From the NCBI GenBank assembly GCA_965242865.1, contig CBDETK010000013.1:2336001-2400000 (forward strand): DNA of 64,000 nucleotides. Direction: 5' to 3'. The position numbers were made by a program, and so were the translations under genes. Positions 8,056 to 17,574 of the stretch are shown here, piece after piece; position 1 is the first letter of the stretch; each line of letters opens with the position of its first letter. The notes beneath the pieces were generated by a model that had not been told where the DNA came from, did not search any database, and was given only the letters and a program-made list of their open reading frames with translations. Source of the stretch: Candidatus Latescibacterota bacterium. GTDB lineage: Bacteria; Latescibacterota; UBA2968; UBA8231.

Positions 8056-10122
8056 TCAATCCCCAGCCGCCGAAAACTCCGCGTTCCAGAGGGTGCGGTT
8101 CTCGGCAGAAATCCACTGGCCGACCCGGATGCGGTCGATGGCGTAGCCGGGCAGATGAACGGCCGCCATACACTGATCGCCGACTCGGAAATCGTGCCGG
8201 TCGAAATAGAAGTCGAAGTTGTCAAAGCCGTACCGCTGGTGCTTGGATGGCCGGTCGGCCGGGTCGACCGGGGTGACGTGCAAAACGAACTTGGCCTGCG
8301 TGTCGGCCGGGGCACACGGCTGTTTGACGTAGATCAGCCGGCGTCCCGTGCGGTACACGTCCCAGTCGGCGCGCACCACCGGCTCGCTGGCCTGTTGGAT
8401 GAGTCCCTGCAGGTAGCGTTGTTTGCAGGTGCGATGCCTTTTTGCATCGAAGGGTTCGGCCGCCGTTATGCGGAAGACCACGCCATCAGCCAGCTCGGCC
8501 ACGGTTTCCACGCCGGGCAGGCAGCGGAGGTCCAAGTCGTCGTAGGTGCTATGAGGGTCTGATCTTTCACGTAGGATCCAAACGATAGGCCCGCCGACGC
8601 CCTTCTTGGTCTCCCACGTTATGCGCGGTATCACTCGGTAAATCCAGCCTTCGATATACAGGTGCTTTCTCGGGGCGGTGCTCCGATCCCAAAACCAAGT
8701 AAGGTAAGGGCGGTTGCTGAAAATCCTGCTATCGCTCAGGTGGAGCCTGATGTACTTCAGGGTCTCGGAATGTTGCCAATAGGCGATGTTGTAGTTGTAC
8801 CTCTCGTTTTTGACCCCGGACTCCATGCTCTGGCGGGTAATGCGGAGGTTGCTGTACGCCGAGAGGCTGACGTGGGCGAGGGCACCTAGCAAGGCGAGGG
8901 ACGCCAGCCCCCACTTGGGCACGGCCATTCGACCCGCCATCTCGATGGACAGGAATCGGTCCAGCAGCAACGCCGCAGCCACCAGCAGCGGTACATATAC
9001 CGGCAGCAGTAAGCGGCGGTCGACGCCCTGATAAACCGTGAAGGGCACCACAGCGACCATGAACCCGAGGTAAATCAAGGCAAACACCCCGAAAGGGAGT
9101 GCCAACCCCAACCTCCAGCGCGGCGACGCTGTCCGATTCTTTTCCCTCCATCCTGCCCGCCCATACCCTAAGCCGAGACCCGCCACCCCGACGACCATCC
9201 CCGCTACCACCAAGCCGACCGCAGTCCACAGAAGATAACCCAACCCGTCCAGTCCGTTTGAGGGGACGACCCACTCGCGGAACCCCTCGACGATCTGGCT
9301 CAGCCCAGCCGATAGAGACTGCCCGGACTTGCCGCGCCTCGCGGTCAGGGTCCCGGAGATCGCCCAGTTGCGCGCCAGCACCCCGGCGAGGGGCAAGGAT
9401 GAGATGGCCCCAAATACGACAGCGTCTTTCAACCGCACCGCCAGCGGCGGGGTGCGCCGCACCAGCAGCAGGAGGACGCCGGTGCCGATCAGCACCACGC
9501 CCGGATAGCGGGTCACCGCGGCCAGCGCAGTGCAAACCGCCGCCCAATACAGGGGTGCGTCCGTCCGCCGGCGGAGGAAGGACGCCAATTGGATCAAGGC
9601 GAGGAGCGTGAACAGGACGAAGAGGGGTTCGGTCAAGAAACTGGACGCGAGCTCGCTTAAGGGCAGGGAGGCCGCGAGGGTCGCGGTGGCGGCCAGTGCC
9701 AGCCATCGCGCCTGGAGATTCGAGCGCAACCAGCCGCCTGCGACGAGGATGGTCAGCCCGAAGGCGGTGGCGTTGATCAGCCGACCAGCGGCCAGTGGCT
9801 CGATACCAAGCCAACCACCGGCCGCCAGCAGCAGAGGGAACAAGGGCGGCCAAGTTGCCAGCGGTTCGCCCATGAAATCCCGCCAGCCCTCTCCCGCAAG
9901 GAAGTTTATGGCTGTGGACAGGTAATGTACGGAGTCCTTATTAACCGCCGGACCGTAGGTGGCGGTGCGGACGAGGATGTGGGCGGCACCCAGTCCGGCG
10001 AGGGCGACGATGAGCAGCGCGAAGGGGTCGCGCCGGAACTGGGCGAGCCGCTCAAAGGCGGAGGACTTTATCGTGGAGAGGGTAAATTCTCTATCCCCCA
10101 TAAATTTATTAAAAACAACCAT
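8056..10122 (-). CDS. GT39/ArnT-like (GT-C fold) membrane glycosyltransferase with a soluble C-terminal domain
   Basis: DSVHY...A, WPPLFPLLL, LTEPLF, TRYPG motifs; about 11 TM segments; start codon uncertain (10122 or 10101). Confidence 0.75.
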   Translation of the reverse strand: MVVFNKFMGDREFTLSTIKSSAFERLAQFRRDPFALLIVALAGLGAAHILVRTATYGPAVNKDSVHYLSTAINFLAGEGWRDFMGEPLATWPPLFPLLLAAGGWLGIEPLAAGRLINATAFGLTILVAGGWLRSNLQARWLALAATATLAASLPLSELASSFLTEPLFVLFTLLALIQLASFLRRRTDAPLYWAAVCTALAAVTRYPGVVLIGTGVLLLLVRRTPPLAVRLKDAVVFGAISSLPLAGVLARNWAISGTLTARRGKSGQSLSAGLSQIVEGFREWVVPSNGLDGLGYLLWTAVGLVVAGMVVGVAGLGLGYGRAGWREKNRTASPRWRLGLALPFGVFALIYLGFMVAVVPFTVYQGVDRRLLLPVYVPLLVAAALLLDRFLSIEMAGRMAVPKWGLASLALLGALAHVSLSAYSNLRITRQSMESGVKNERYNYNIAYWQHSETLKYIRLHLSDSRIFSNRPYLTWFWDRSTAPRKHLYIEGWIYRVIPRITWETKKGVGGPIVWILRERSDPHSTYDDLDLRCLPGVETVAELADGVVFRITAAEPFDAKRHRTCKQRYLQGLIQQASEPVVRADWDVYRTGRRLIYVKQPCAPADTQAKFVLHVTPVDPADRPSKHQRYGFDNFDFYFDRHDFRVGDQCMAAVHLPGYAIDRIRVGQWISAENRTLWNAEFSAAGD

Positions 10123-10125
10123 TTA
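10101..10125. promoter_or_regulatory. Dyad motif, degenerate copy (TAA-N5-TT AAAAA CAA-N4-TTA) next to a C5 run
   Basis: TAAATTTATT AAAAA CAACCATTTA; 18/25 identical to 55583-55607. Confidence 0.4.
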
Positions 10126-10469
10126 ATTCATTTTTCTTAGTGTGATGATCAGAGCGCACCCCGGCCTTTTTTGTTTGACGCGATCACCCGGCCGCGTGGA
10201 CGATAGATCGGACGCCTGTCCGTGCCAAGGCTACGGAGCTACAGCCTATTTTCGCCGCCCATCGCGCAGGGCACTCCTTTTTCTTTTTGGTCTAAAGCTA
10301 GGGGATCCCAAAGAGATGTTCAATCCCCGGCCCGAGAAAACTCCGCAGCTATCGTGCATTTAGGAGGTGCGCTATCTCGGCTCAGTGCGTCGCGGTTGAC
10401 AGAGAATCGCTGTTGTGTGGATTTTCAGAGGTCGCAGTGACACTGAACGGACTGACGGACTGAAGGAGC

Positions 10470-11591
10470 ATGCGCTACGCGCCCAAGATAGCCCTCGCAC
10501 TGGCCAGTTTGATCCTCGGCATCGCGCTGTGCGAGCTGGCGTTGAGCCTCTGGCACCCGCAGATCTTCCGCCGGCCCCCGGTCTGGCGCTACGACCCCGA
10601 GCTGGGTTGGAGCCACATCCCGGACCGCGTCGGCCGCTTGGTCACGCCAGAATTCGACGTGGAAATGCGGATCAATAGCATCGGCTTGCGCGACCGCGAG
10701 TTCGCGGCCGCAAAGGCCGCGGGCGTCCGCCGCGTGGCCCTGTTTGGCGACTCGTTTGTCGAAGGGTGGGGCGTTCCCATAGAGGCCGCTGTCAGCCGTC
10801 GGCTCGAAGCCTGTCTGCGGCAAGAGAAAGCCGCCGTGGAGGTGGCCAACTTTGGGGTGGCTGGCTACGGCACGGACCAAGCGCTGCTGTTTTTTGAGCA
10901 ACAGGGACCGCGCTTTGGGGCCGATGAGGTGGTGCTCTTTTTTTACGGCAACGACCTGTGGAACAATGCGTCGCGCCGGGGCATTGGGGCCGAGCGGGGC
11001 TTCAAGCCTTACTTCCGGGTGCGGAGCAACGGGCGGCTGGTGCTCGCCGGCGTCCCGGTAAAGAAGTCGAGCTTTTGGCAACCGCCGGCCGACTCGTGGC
11101 CTCTCGCGGCGCGGTTGGAGCGGTATTTCTCGCAGCACTGGCACGGGTACCGGCTGCTGCAAAAGGCGTGGCAGCCGGCCGTGCCGCGCGGGCAGCAGCA
11201 GGATTTTTACGCGGGCCTATACGGCGCGGACGCCCGCTTTGCCCCGGCTTGGGCGCTGACCGGCCGCATCCTCGCGGCCTTTAAGCGCAGCGTTGAGCAA
11301 CGCGGGGCGCGCCTGACCGTCGTGTACGTGCCGTCGATCGTCCAAGTAGAAGAGGACAACTGGCGCGCCAAGCGCGACCTATACGGCCTGATCGGCGAGT
11401 TTGACCTACGCAAGCCCAATGCCCAACTCGCCGGCTTTGCCGAGCAACACGGATTCGCGCTGCTCGACTTGCTCGACGAGTTCCGGAAAAAGGCCCAGTA
11501 CCAAACCCTGTATTGGCGCGATAGCCACTGGAATGCGGCCGGCCACGCCCTCGCGGCTGAGCGGCTCTGCGCGCAGCTGCGGAGACCCTAG
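10470..11591 (+). CDS. SGNH/GDSL hydrolase family protein (AlgJ/AlgX-like acetyltransferase/esterase)
   Basis: N-terminal TM anchor; NSIGLRD; FGDSF; NFGVAGYGTDQ; GND; DSHWN..GH. Confidence 0.88.
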   Translation: MRYAPKIALALASLILGIALCELALSLWHPQIFRRPPVWRYDPELGWSHIPDRVGRLVTPEFDVEMRINSIGLRDREFAAAKAAGVRRVALFGDSFVEGWGVPIEAAVSRRLEACLRQEKAAVEVANFGVAGYGTDQALLFFEQQGPRFGADEVVLFFYGNDLWNNASRRGIGAERGFKPYFRVRSNGRLVLAGVPVKKSSFWQPPADSWPLAARLERYFSQHWHGYRLLQKAWQPAVPRGQQQDFYAGLYGADARFAPAWALTGRILAAFKRSVEQRGARLTVVYVPSIVQVEEDNWRAKRDLYGLIGEFDLRKPNAQLAGFAEQHGFALLDLLDEFRKKAQYQTLYWRDSHWNAAGHALAAERLCAQLRRP

Positions 11592-11819
11592 CCCGTGGAG
11601 TGGCGCAAGGAGCTGGGGGCAGTGGGGGGATTGCAATTGACACAGGGGATGCTTGCACGTCAGTCAAATGGTGGATATGAAATTGGCAGAAAGAGCGTAG
11701 AGTAGAGCCTGTGTCGGTGTAACTTTGGTGTTCAGCGGCGAGAATAACCTCTATTCCGCTCAGGATGTCATACACTCAAGTAAATCAAATAGAACCGCTT
11801 TCACGATCTTCAACGCTTC

Positions 11820-12263
11820 CTAGACAAGTTTCTGCTCACGTATCGTGAAAGGAGATGTCGTGTACGACTGAAACAAAACCCGTCCGTCAAACGACAAAAG
11901 CTGCTGAAGCCTTTGGCTGTAAATAGAGTGCTCTATCATTTTACCGGCCTCTGTCTTTTGGACCCATGCAACGTCGAGCGTCTCTGCTCCTATCCGAGCG
12001 TCCCCAGACAACCAAGAACCCAGGAAATCGAAGATCACGCGATGATTGCTGAGGTTGCTATACACGCCGACGAGTCGATCCGCCGAAGCCACGACATTGG
12101 CCTCTTCCCGGACTTCGCGGATGACCCCATCGAGGACGGATTCCCCTTCTTCGACTTGGCCGCCGGGAAACTCCCATCCCCTTCGCTCTGTTCTAACCAG
12201 CAGCACCTCGTCGCCCCGTTCCACGAGCATTCCAGCCGCGACGATGTGTTTTGGCGGATTCAT
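11820..12263 (-). CDS. NUDIX hydrolase
   Basis: Nudix box GGQVEEGESVLDGVIREVREE. Confidence 0.93.
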   Translation of the reverse strand: MNPPKHIVAAGMLVERGDEVLLVRTERRGWEFPGGQVEEGESVLDGVIREVREEANVVASADRLVGVYSNLSNHRVIFDFLGSWLSGDARIGAETLDVAWVQKTEAGKMIEHSIYSQRLQQLLSFDGRVLFQSYTTSPFTIREQKLV

Positions 12264-12271
12264 TCGAGTCT

Positions 12272-13918
12272 CTACTCAACCCCGACCTTTTTGTAAATCT
12301 CCGCCCGCACCGCGTACATTTCCCGCGCCTCTTGGGTCATCTCCGCTCCGCCCCGTTCCATCCATTCGGCCACAAAAGCGTCGAAATAGTCGAGGGCGCG
12401 CTCGCCGCGCACGATTTCGGCGTAGGCTGTCATCTGCAAATTCCGCAGATCGCGCAGATGCTTGATCGACGAGGGCACCACGTCCGGCTTGCCGAACAGG
12501 CCGGCCTGCGCCCACTCCGAGCGTTGATAGCGGGCGCGGTGTTGCAGCATGGCCGTCGGCAAGTACTTGTCGGCAATGGCGGGCCGGACCCCGCAGGGCG
12601 CGAAAAAGCCGCCCGGACCATCGACGTTCAACGCGGTCAGATGCTTGTTGGCGACGTTGCGGTCGTCGTAGGGCGGCAGATGGTACAGGCCGCGCTCGGC
12701 GTCAAACTCCCAATGGACGCCCCGCTGGCCCATCCGCACCTCCACAAAGAGCTTTTCCTCAACCGCGAGGGCCTCGAAAATTTTGAGCATCCGCACGACC
12801 TTCTCCGGCGCGGCCGCCACCTGCTTGCCAAAGACGAAAACGTGGGCGGCCGCGCTCCACACCCGTCCCCCGCGGATGCCTTGCGGGCCGGCCGGGAACG
12901 GCCCGGCCACCACCTCGGCCCCCGGCTGCAACTCGGCAATGACCGATACCAGCGACGCCTTATTGTACCGATCAAAGCTGCTATAGCTGCCTTGGCCGAA
13001 GAGATACCCGGTCTTGCCGCTGACGAATTTCTGATAGGGGATCGGGCTGCTCTTGATTTGGCCGATCGCAAAGTCCGGGTCAATCAGCCCGTCGGCGTAC
13101 CACCGGCGCAACAGCCCTAGAATCTCTTTGACCTCGGGCCGAGTCCCGCCCCACACCACCTCGCCGTCGCGCAGCATCCAGCCGTGCGGCACGATCCCGT
13201 AGGCCCCAAAGACTTCGCCGAAGACGTTGAACCAAGCCTGCGCGTTGGGGCACATGCCGTAGGTGTCCCGTATGCCATTGCCGTCCGGGTCTGCGTGGCG
13301 AAACTTCCACAGGGCCTCGTACATCTCGTCGAGGGTCGCCGGCACTTTGTCGATGCCGACGTTGCGCAGCCAGTCCATCCGCCAAATTCCCGGCACGGGA
13401 TAGCCGAGACTGCTGCCCCACGTGGGGATGCCGTAGTTGGCCCCCTTCCAGTAGGCGTAGAGCCAAGCCCACGGCGCGTACTGGTTGAGATAGCGCACGT
13501 AGTTGGGCGCGTGTTTTTGGATGACCTCGTAGGGAATGGGCAACGCATAGCCGTGGTGGGCGTCCTTTTGCACCACGACCGGGTCGCCGGCGTAAAACAA
13601 ATCGGGCACATTGCCGCCGGCAAAGACCAGCGGCCGCCGCCGCATATAGGCAAAATGGCTGATAAACAGCGGCTTAAATTCGACGTTGAACCGCGCTTCG
13701 AGCCGCTGTTCGATCCAAGTGCCCTCGCGCGCGGTGGGAAAGCGCGGAATGCTCATCCAAGCGATCTCGAGCCGCTCGGCGGGGTCGTCGACCACCGCGT
13801 CCCAGTCGATGCTCCGCTCGGTCTGGGTCGCCTGCGTCCGCCGCGCCTGCCGCTCGGCAAAGGCATACACCGCGCTAATGCCGGCGCAAAACGCCAGTAG
13901 GATGAGAATTTTTTTCAT
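12272..13918 (-). CDS. ABC transporter extracellular solute-binding protein (LplA/aldouronate-like)
   Basis: Signal peptide; YGIP...RMDWL...GI..VP.TLDE.YEAL.KF..DPDGNG..DT; WY.DGLIDPD; FD.FV.EW...GG. Confidence 0.85.
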   Translation of the reverse strand: MKKILILLAFCAGISAVYAFAERQARRTQATQTERSIDWDAVVDDPAERLEIAWMSIPRFPTAREGTWIEQRLEARFNVEFKPLFISHFAYMRRRPLVFAGGNVPDLFYAGDPVVVQKDAHHGYALPIPYEVIQKHAPNYVRYLNQYAPWAWLYAYWKGANYGIPTWGSSLGYPVPGIWRMDWLRNVGIDKVPATLDEMYEALWKFRHADPDGNGIRDTYGMCPNAQAWFNVFGEVFGAYGIVPHGWMLRDGEVVWGGTRPEVKEILGLLRRWYADGLIDPDFAIGQIKSSPIPYQKFVSGKTGYLFGQGSYSSFDRYNKASLVSVIAELQPGAEVVAGPFPAGPQGIRGGRVWSAAAHVFVFGKQVAAAPEKVVRMLKIFEALAVEEKLFVEVRMGQRGVHWEFDAERGLYHLPPYDDRNVANKHLTALNVDGPGGFFAPCGVRPAIADKYLPTAMLQHRARYQRSEWAQAGLFGKPDVVPSSIKHLRDLRNLQMTAYAEIVRGERALDYFDAFVAEWMERGGAEMTQEAREMYAVRAEIYKKVGVE

Positions 13919-13993
13919 GGTGTGCTTAAAAAACGAGGGAGGCAGATCGCGTTGATCTACCTCCCCCAGTCAAACCCGCAAACCACCGGGCCG

Positions 13994-14938
13994 CTACTGC
14001 ATGTACGAAGCCTTGATGTGGCCCCAGCTGTCGTTCTCAACGGAGGTGGGCAACAGGTCCGGCTGCGCTGGCAGCAAGATGAAGTCGGTGATGCACTTGC
14101 CGTCGCCATTGCCGCACCGCTGCCCCCCCATGCGCCAAGCGGCAAAGCGGCGGTCGGTCTCGTTGTCCGTGCCCACGTCGTTGTCGATGATCGAGACCCC
14201 CAAGCCGATGATATCGCTTTCGCTGAAGGCGTGTTGGATGCTGTTTTCAGGCGATGCGTGGTCGAAATCGTCCCAGCCCACAGTCCACCACTCCGCTTGG
14301 AAGGTCGCCTCGGTGGCGTGGGCACCGTTGAGGTTGAAGGAGTCGCCGCAGCACGAATAAGGCTCGACGTCGTGCCAAGTGGCGCTTGAGGCCCACAGCC
14401 AGTTCCAGCCGATCGGCTCCATTGGCGGCCAGCGGTAGTGGCTCATCTGGTTGAGGCGGCCCCGGTTGCGCAACACTTCCTCTTCAGTGTCGAAGTCGTC
14501 GGCGCCAAACCACGAGACGTCGCCGCCGTGGTTGGCGTCGAGGTTGATCTCAAAGCTGTCGTCGCCGCCCGCTCCTCCCACGCCACCGGCATCGCGATCC
14601 CAGAGATCGTCGAAGCGGTCATAGACGAAGTAGAGGCGGTCTAGCTCGTCGTTCCAGCCCGCGGTCCAGCGGAAGTTCAGATCGGCGGTATTGACCTCGG
14701 CTCCGACCTCGCCGGCTACCACCACGTGCAGGAGCTCGCCGTTGAACTCGCTAAACGGCGTGAGCCACAAATTGTCGGGCACTACGTCCCACTCGGAAAT
14801 ATCGCCATCCATCACCGGCAGATGCGACGTGGGCCACTGCCAGACGCCCAAAATTAGCCCCTCGGGCACGTGTGCCCAAGCAGGCGAGCCGAGCCCCAAA
14901 AGCGCTACGGCCGCACTCAGCGTTACTAGTCTCCTCAT
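13994..14938 (-). CDS. Secreted CBM9/DOMON-like protein with C-terminal WGxIK motif
   Basis: GGAGA RBS; signal peptide MRRLVTLSAAVALL...AWA; P.MDGDISEW, WN..RLYF, DD.FEI.LDA; tail TSVENDSWGHIKA. Confidence 0.65.
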   Translation of the reverse strand: MRRLVTLSAAVALLGLGSPAWAHVPEGLILGVWQWPTSHLPVMDGDISEWDVVPDNLWLTPFSEFNGELLHVVVAGEVGAEVNTADLNFRWTAGWNDELDRLYFVYDRFDDLWDRDAGGVGGAGGDDSFEINLDANHGGDVSWFGADDFDTEEEVLRNRGRLNQMSHYRWPPMEPIGWNWLWASSATWHDVEPYSCCGDSFNLNGAHATEATFQAEWWTVGWDDFDHASPENSIQHAFSESDIIGLGVSIIDNDVGTDNETDRRFAAWRMGGQRCGNGDGKCITDFILLPAQPDLLPTSVENDSWGHIKASYMQ

Positions 14939-15059
14939 GGCTGTCTCTCCTATCCTAAAATGGGGGTTGCCGCAAAATGCTCGCGCCGCTGACTCGGAGC
15001 GCACTTTGCAGCGCATTGAGTGGTTAGTCATAACAAACGCCTCTTGGGTTGTCAAGGAA

Positions 15060-15088
15060 TTGAAAATCTCTCCCCGTTAGCGTACATT
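15060..15088 (+). promoter_or_regulatory. Sigma70-like promoter of the 15136 gene
   Basis: TTGAAA-N17-TACATT, followed by GGAGGA RBS before ATG 15136. Confidence 0.5.
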
Positions 15089-15135
15089 TTTTAAGCCAAT
15101 CGGACATCCGCTAAAACGGCCTTCGGAGGAACGAC

Positions 15136-15945
15136 ATGACCATCATTCACACCATAGAAGACCTATTGCACACACTAGACGACAATCCCGAATGGGTTGA
15201 AGCCCTGCGCGCTCGGCTGCTGTCGCCCGAACTACTCAACCTGCCCGAAAAATTTGCCCAGTTCGCCAACGAGATGAACAGTTTTGCCGCTGAGACCAAC
15301 AAATTCATCGCCGAAACCAACAAGTTCATCGCTGAGACCAACAAGTTCATCGCCGAAACAAAGGTATTCATCGCCGAAACCAACAAGTTCATCGCTGAGA
15401 CCAAAGAATTTATCGTCGAAACCAAAGAATTCATCGCCGAAACCAAAGAATTCATCGTGGCTACGAATAATCACTTTGCTTCCCTCGAAACCAGAATGCA
15501 GTCCATCCAAGACGATGTAGGCATGCTCAAAGGGGCCCACGCCCGCAACGCCGCCCTCAGAGAGGCCCCCTTCATCGCCGATGGCTTGGGCCTGCGGTGG
15601 GTTAAAGACCTTACCCCGGTCGACCTCTGGGAATTGACCGATCGCGCCCCAGCGGACATTCCTACCAATCAGTTGCGGAGCTTTCGTCGGGCCGACTTGG
15701 TTGCGGAGGCCACTGCGCTGGACAACGGCGAGACCTGCTACATCGCCGTGGAAATCTCCTTCACGGCCAACGGGCGCGACACGACCCGCGCCCAGCGCAA
15801 CGCCGCGTTCCTAGCCCAGTTCACCGGCCGGCGCACCTATGCGGCGGTCGCTGGCATGCGCCGCGACCGCCGCATAGAGGAACTCATCGAAGCCGGCGAG
15901 GTGTTCTGGTATCAATTGGATCCCGCGATCTTGGAAGCGGAATAA
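15136..15945 (+). CDS. Coiled-coil heptad-repeat protein with C-terminal PD-(D/E)XK-like domain (paralog of 62585-63340)
   Basis: (A/V)ET(N/K)(K/E)FI heptads; RADLVAEA...YIAVEISFTA..RDT.RA motif. Confidence 0.75.
   Translation: MTIIHTIEDLLHTLDDNPEWVEALRARLLSPELLNLPEKFAQFANEMNSFAAETNKFIAETNKFIAETNKFIAETKVFIAETNKFIAETKEFIVETKEFIAETKEFIVATNNHFASLETRMQSIQDDVGMLKGAHARNAALREAPFIADGLGLRWVKDLTPVDLWELTDRAPADIPTNQLRSFRRADLVAEATALDNGETCYIAVEISFTANGRDTTRAQRNAAFLAQFTGRRTYAAVAGMRRDRRIEELIEAGEVFWYQLDPAILEAE
15288..15460 (+). repeat. 21-bp coding tandem repeat (about 8 units)
   Basis: GC(C/T)GA(A/G)ACCAA(C/A)(A/G)A(A/G)TTCATC units. Confidence 0.9.
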
Positions 15946-15954
15946 CGCCCCGAC

Positions 15955-17409
15955 CTACGCAGAGGTTTCATCCGCCGCCAGCGGCCCCACCGCGCCCAAC
16001 CGCAGCGCGGGATAGAGCGTTTCAAAAAGGGGCGTGTCGCCCGTATCGCGGGCATAACGCCAATACAGCCGCGTCATTTTCTCGACCTGCTCGGCATAGG
16101 CCGGTTCCTGCGCCAGATTCTTCATTTCGTAAGGGTCTTCGTCGAGCTGGTACAGCTCGTCGAAATCAAAACCGTTAAACACGAACTTCCACGGTCCGTC
16201 CCACACCACCCGCTGCGTCAGCCGGTGGCGGTTGCCAAAGTATTCGGCATACCCCCGGGTCCATTCGTCGGCAACAGTTGCCGGTTCGCGCAGCAGCTCG
16301 ACAAACGAGCGGGAGTCGCTCTCCGCAATAGGCTCGCAGTCGGCCAGTTCCAACAACGTCGGGCACAGGTCGTGCAAGCCAACGCGGCCCTCGCAAACGG
16401 CCTTCTTGGCAATCGCAGGGCCGCGCACGATGAGCGGCACTTGATACACTTCTTCAAACGCAGAAATATCCTTGAAAAACAGACCGTGCGCGCCCAGCAA
16501 ATCCCCGTGGTCGGCGCCCAGCACCACGATCGCGTCGTCGAGGTTGCCCGTCTCCTCGAGAAAGTTGAGCACCCGCCCGAACTGGGCGTCTATTTCGCTA
16601 ATTGAAGCGAAGTAACACGCCCGCGCCGTGCGCTTTTGCTCCTCGTCGAGCGGCCGCCAAATGCCCTGCGCCCGGCGGTAAAGCCCCGGCCGATCCACTA
16701 AATCATCCTCGGCATTGGGCGGCGACCGCAGCGGTTGTGCGGCATAGTGGTCGTACCACGTGCGGCCGGCGATAAAGGGATCGTGCGGCTCCTCCAAGCT
16801 GACAAAGGCGCACCACGGCTCAGGGCCTTGTACCGCCTCCTTTAGATAGCGCAGGGCCAGCGTCGTCGTCAGCCCCATGCCGCGCTCTTCGGCTGGCCGG
16901 TCGGTCACCCCGTAGAGCAGGTGGGGGCCATAGCCGTGCGGCCAGTCGAGATAATGCGCGGGATCGCACGCCGGACGCCGCGGCTTACCGCCCAAGACCT
17001 CGGCGACCAATTCGTTGTAGAGCGGACTGCCAACGGCCCCATTGACCTGCCAGCCGAAGCGGCCCAGCGCATTGTCGCGCTCAATGTGCCACTTGCCAAA
17101 ATACCCGGTGCGATAGCCTGCTTCTACGAGGCGCTCGGCCCAATGCGCCTTATCGGGGCGTAGCGCGTGCATATCCGGCACCTTGGGATAGAGCACCTCC
17201 AGCACCCCGTGGTTGTGCGGCATCAGCCCGGTCATCAGACTCGCCCGGGTCGGCGAGCAAATGTTATTGGGCGTATAGGCGCGGGTAAAACGCACCCCTT
17301 CCCCGGCCAGCCGATCCAAGTGCGGCGTTTGACAAACGTGATCGGGCGCGAGCACGCGGGCCTGCATCTGGTCGGCCATCAAAAAAAGAATGTTGGGTCT
17401 CTTGTTCAT
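15955..17409 (-). CDS. Formylglycine-dependent sulfatase
   Basis: RPNILFLMADQ, CSPTRASLMTG, GKWH, PHDP, ADHGD..GAHG..K, ELY.L..DPYE..NL. Confidence 0.95.
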   Translation of the reverse strand: MNKRPNILFLMADQMQARVLAPDHVCQTPHLDRLAGEGVRFTRAYTPNNICSPTRASLMTGLMPHNHGVLEVLYPKVPDMHALRPDKAHWAERLVEAGYRTGYFGKWHIERDNALGRFGWQVNGAVGSPLYNELVAEVLGGKPRRPACDPAHYLDWPHGYGPHLLYGVTDRPAEERGMGLTTTLALRYLKEAVQGPEPWCAFVSLEEPHDPFIAGRTWYDHYAAQPLRSPPNAEDDLVDRPGLYRRAQGIWRPLDEEQKRTARACYFASISEIDAQFGRVLNFLEETGNLDDAIVVLGADHGDLLGAHGLFFKDISAFEEVYQVPLIVRGPAIAKKAVCEGRVGLHDLCPTLLELADCEPIAESDSRSFVELLREPATVADEWTRGYAEYFGNRHRLTQRVVWDGPWKFVFNGFDFDELYQLDEDPYEMKNLAQEPAYAEQVEKMTRLYWRYARDTGDTPLFETLYPALRLGAVGPLAADETSA

Positions 17410-17460
17410 CGTTTAGTCGTAGTCGCGCCCCTTGCTACATGACACCAGCGGCCGCCTTCC

Positions 17461-17543
17461 AAGGATCGAGGGCGGGACGCCCTCGATCCCGGACGCAGCG
17501 GCAACACCAGAAAAGGCGTACTCAACGGAAGGGTCGCGACCCT
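17461..17543 (+). repeat. REP/MITE-like palindromic element, family B (short copy)
   Basis: GGATCGAGGGCGGGACGCCCTCGATCC hairpin plus tail CAGCGGCAACACCAGAAAA shared with the 44379 copy. Confidence 0.8.
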
Positions 17544-17574
17544 TTGTCCTTTCGGTAGAGGTTCATAAAGGTTT

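Noticed and set aside
6200-8146. 648-aa alternative-frame ORF over nadB, and other long shadow ORFs (e.g. 31097-32854, 30058-31404, 34225-35583)
   Set aside because: Arg/Gly/Ala-rich or antisense frames expected at high GC, overlapping well-supported genes
10140-10460. Possible riboswitch or ncRNA in the divergent intergenic region
   Set aside because: No known consensus or convincing structure recognised by eye
11281-11775. Minus-strand ORF downstream of the NUDIX gene
   Set aside because: Mostly antisense to the SGNH gene; the lower-GC first part may be a gene remnant but I cannot identify it
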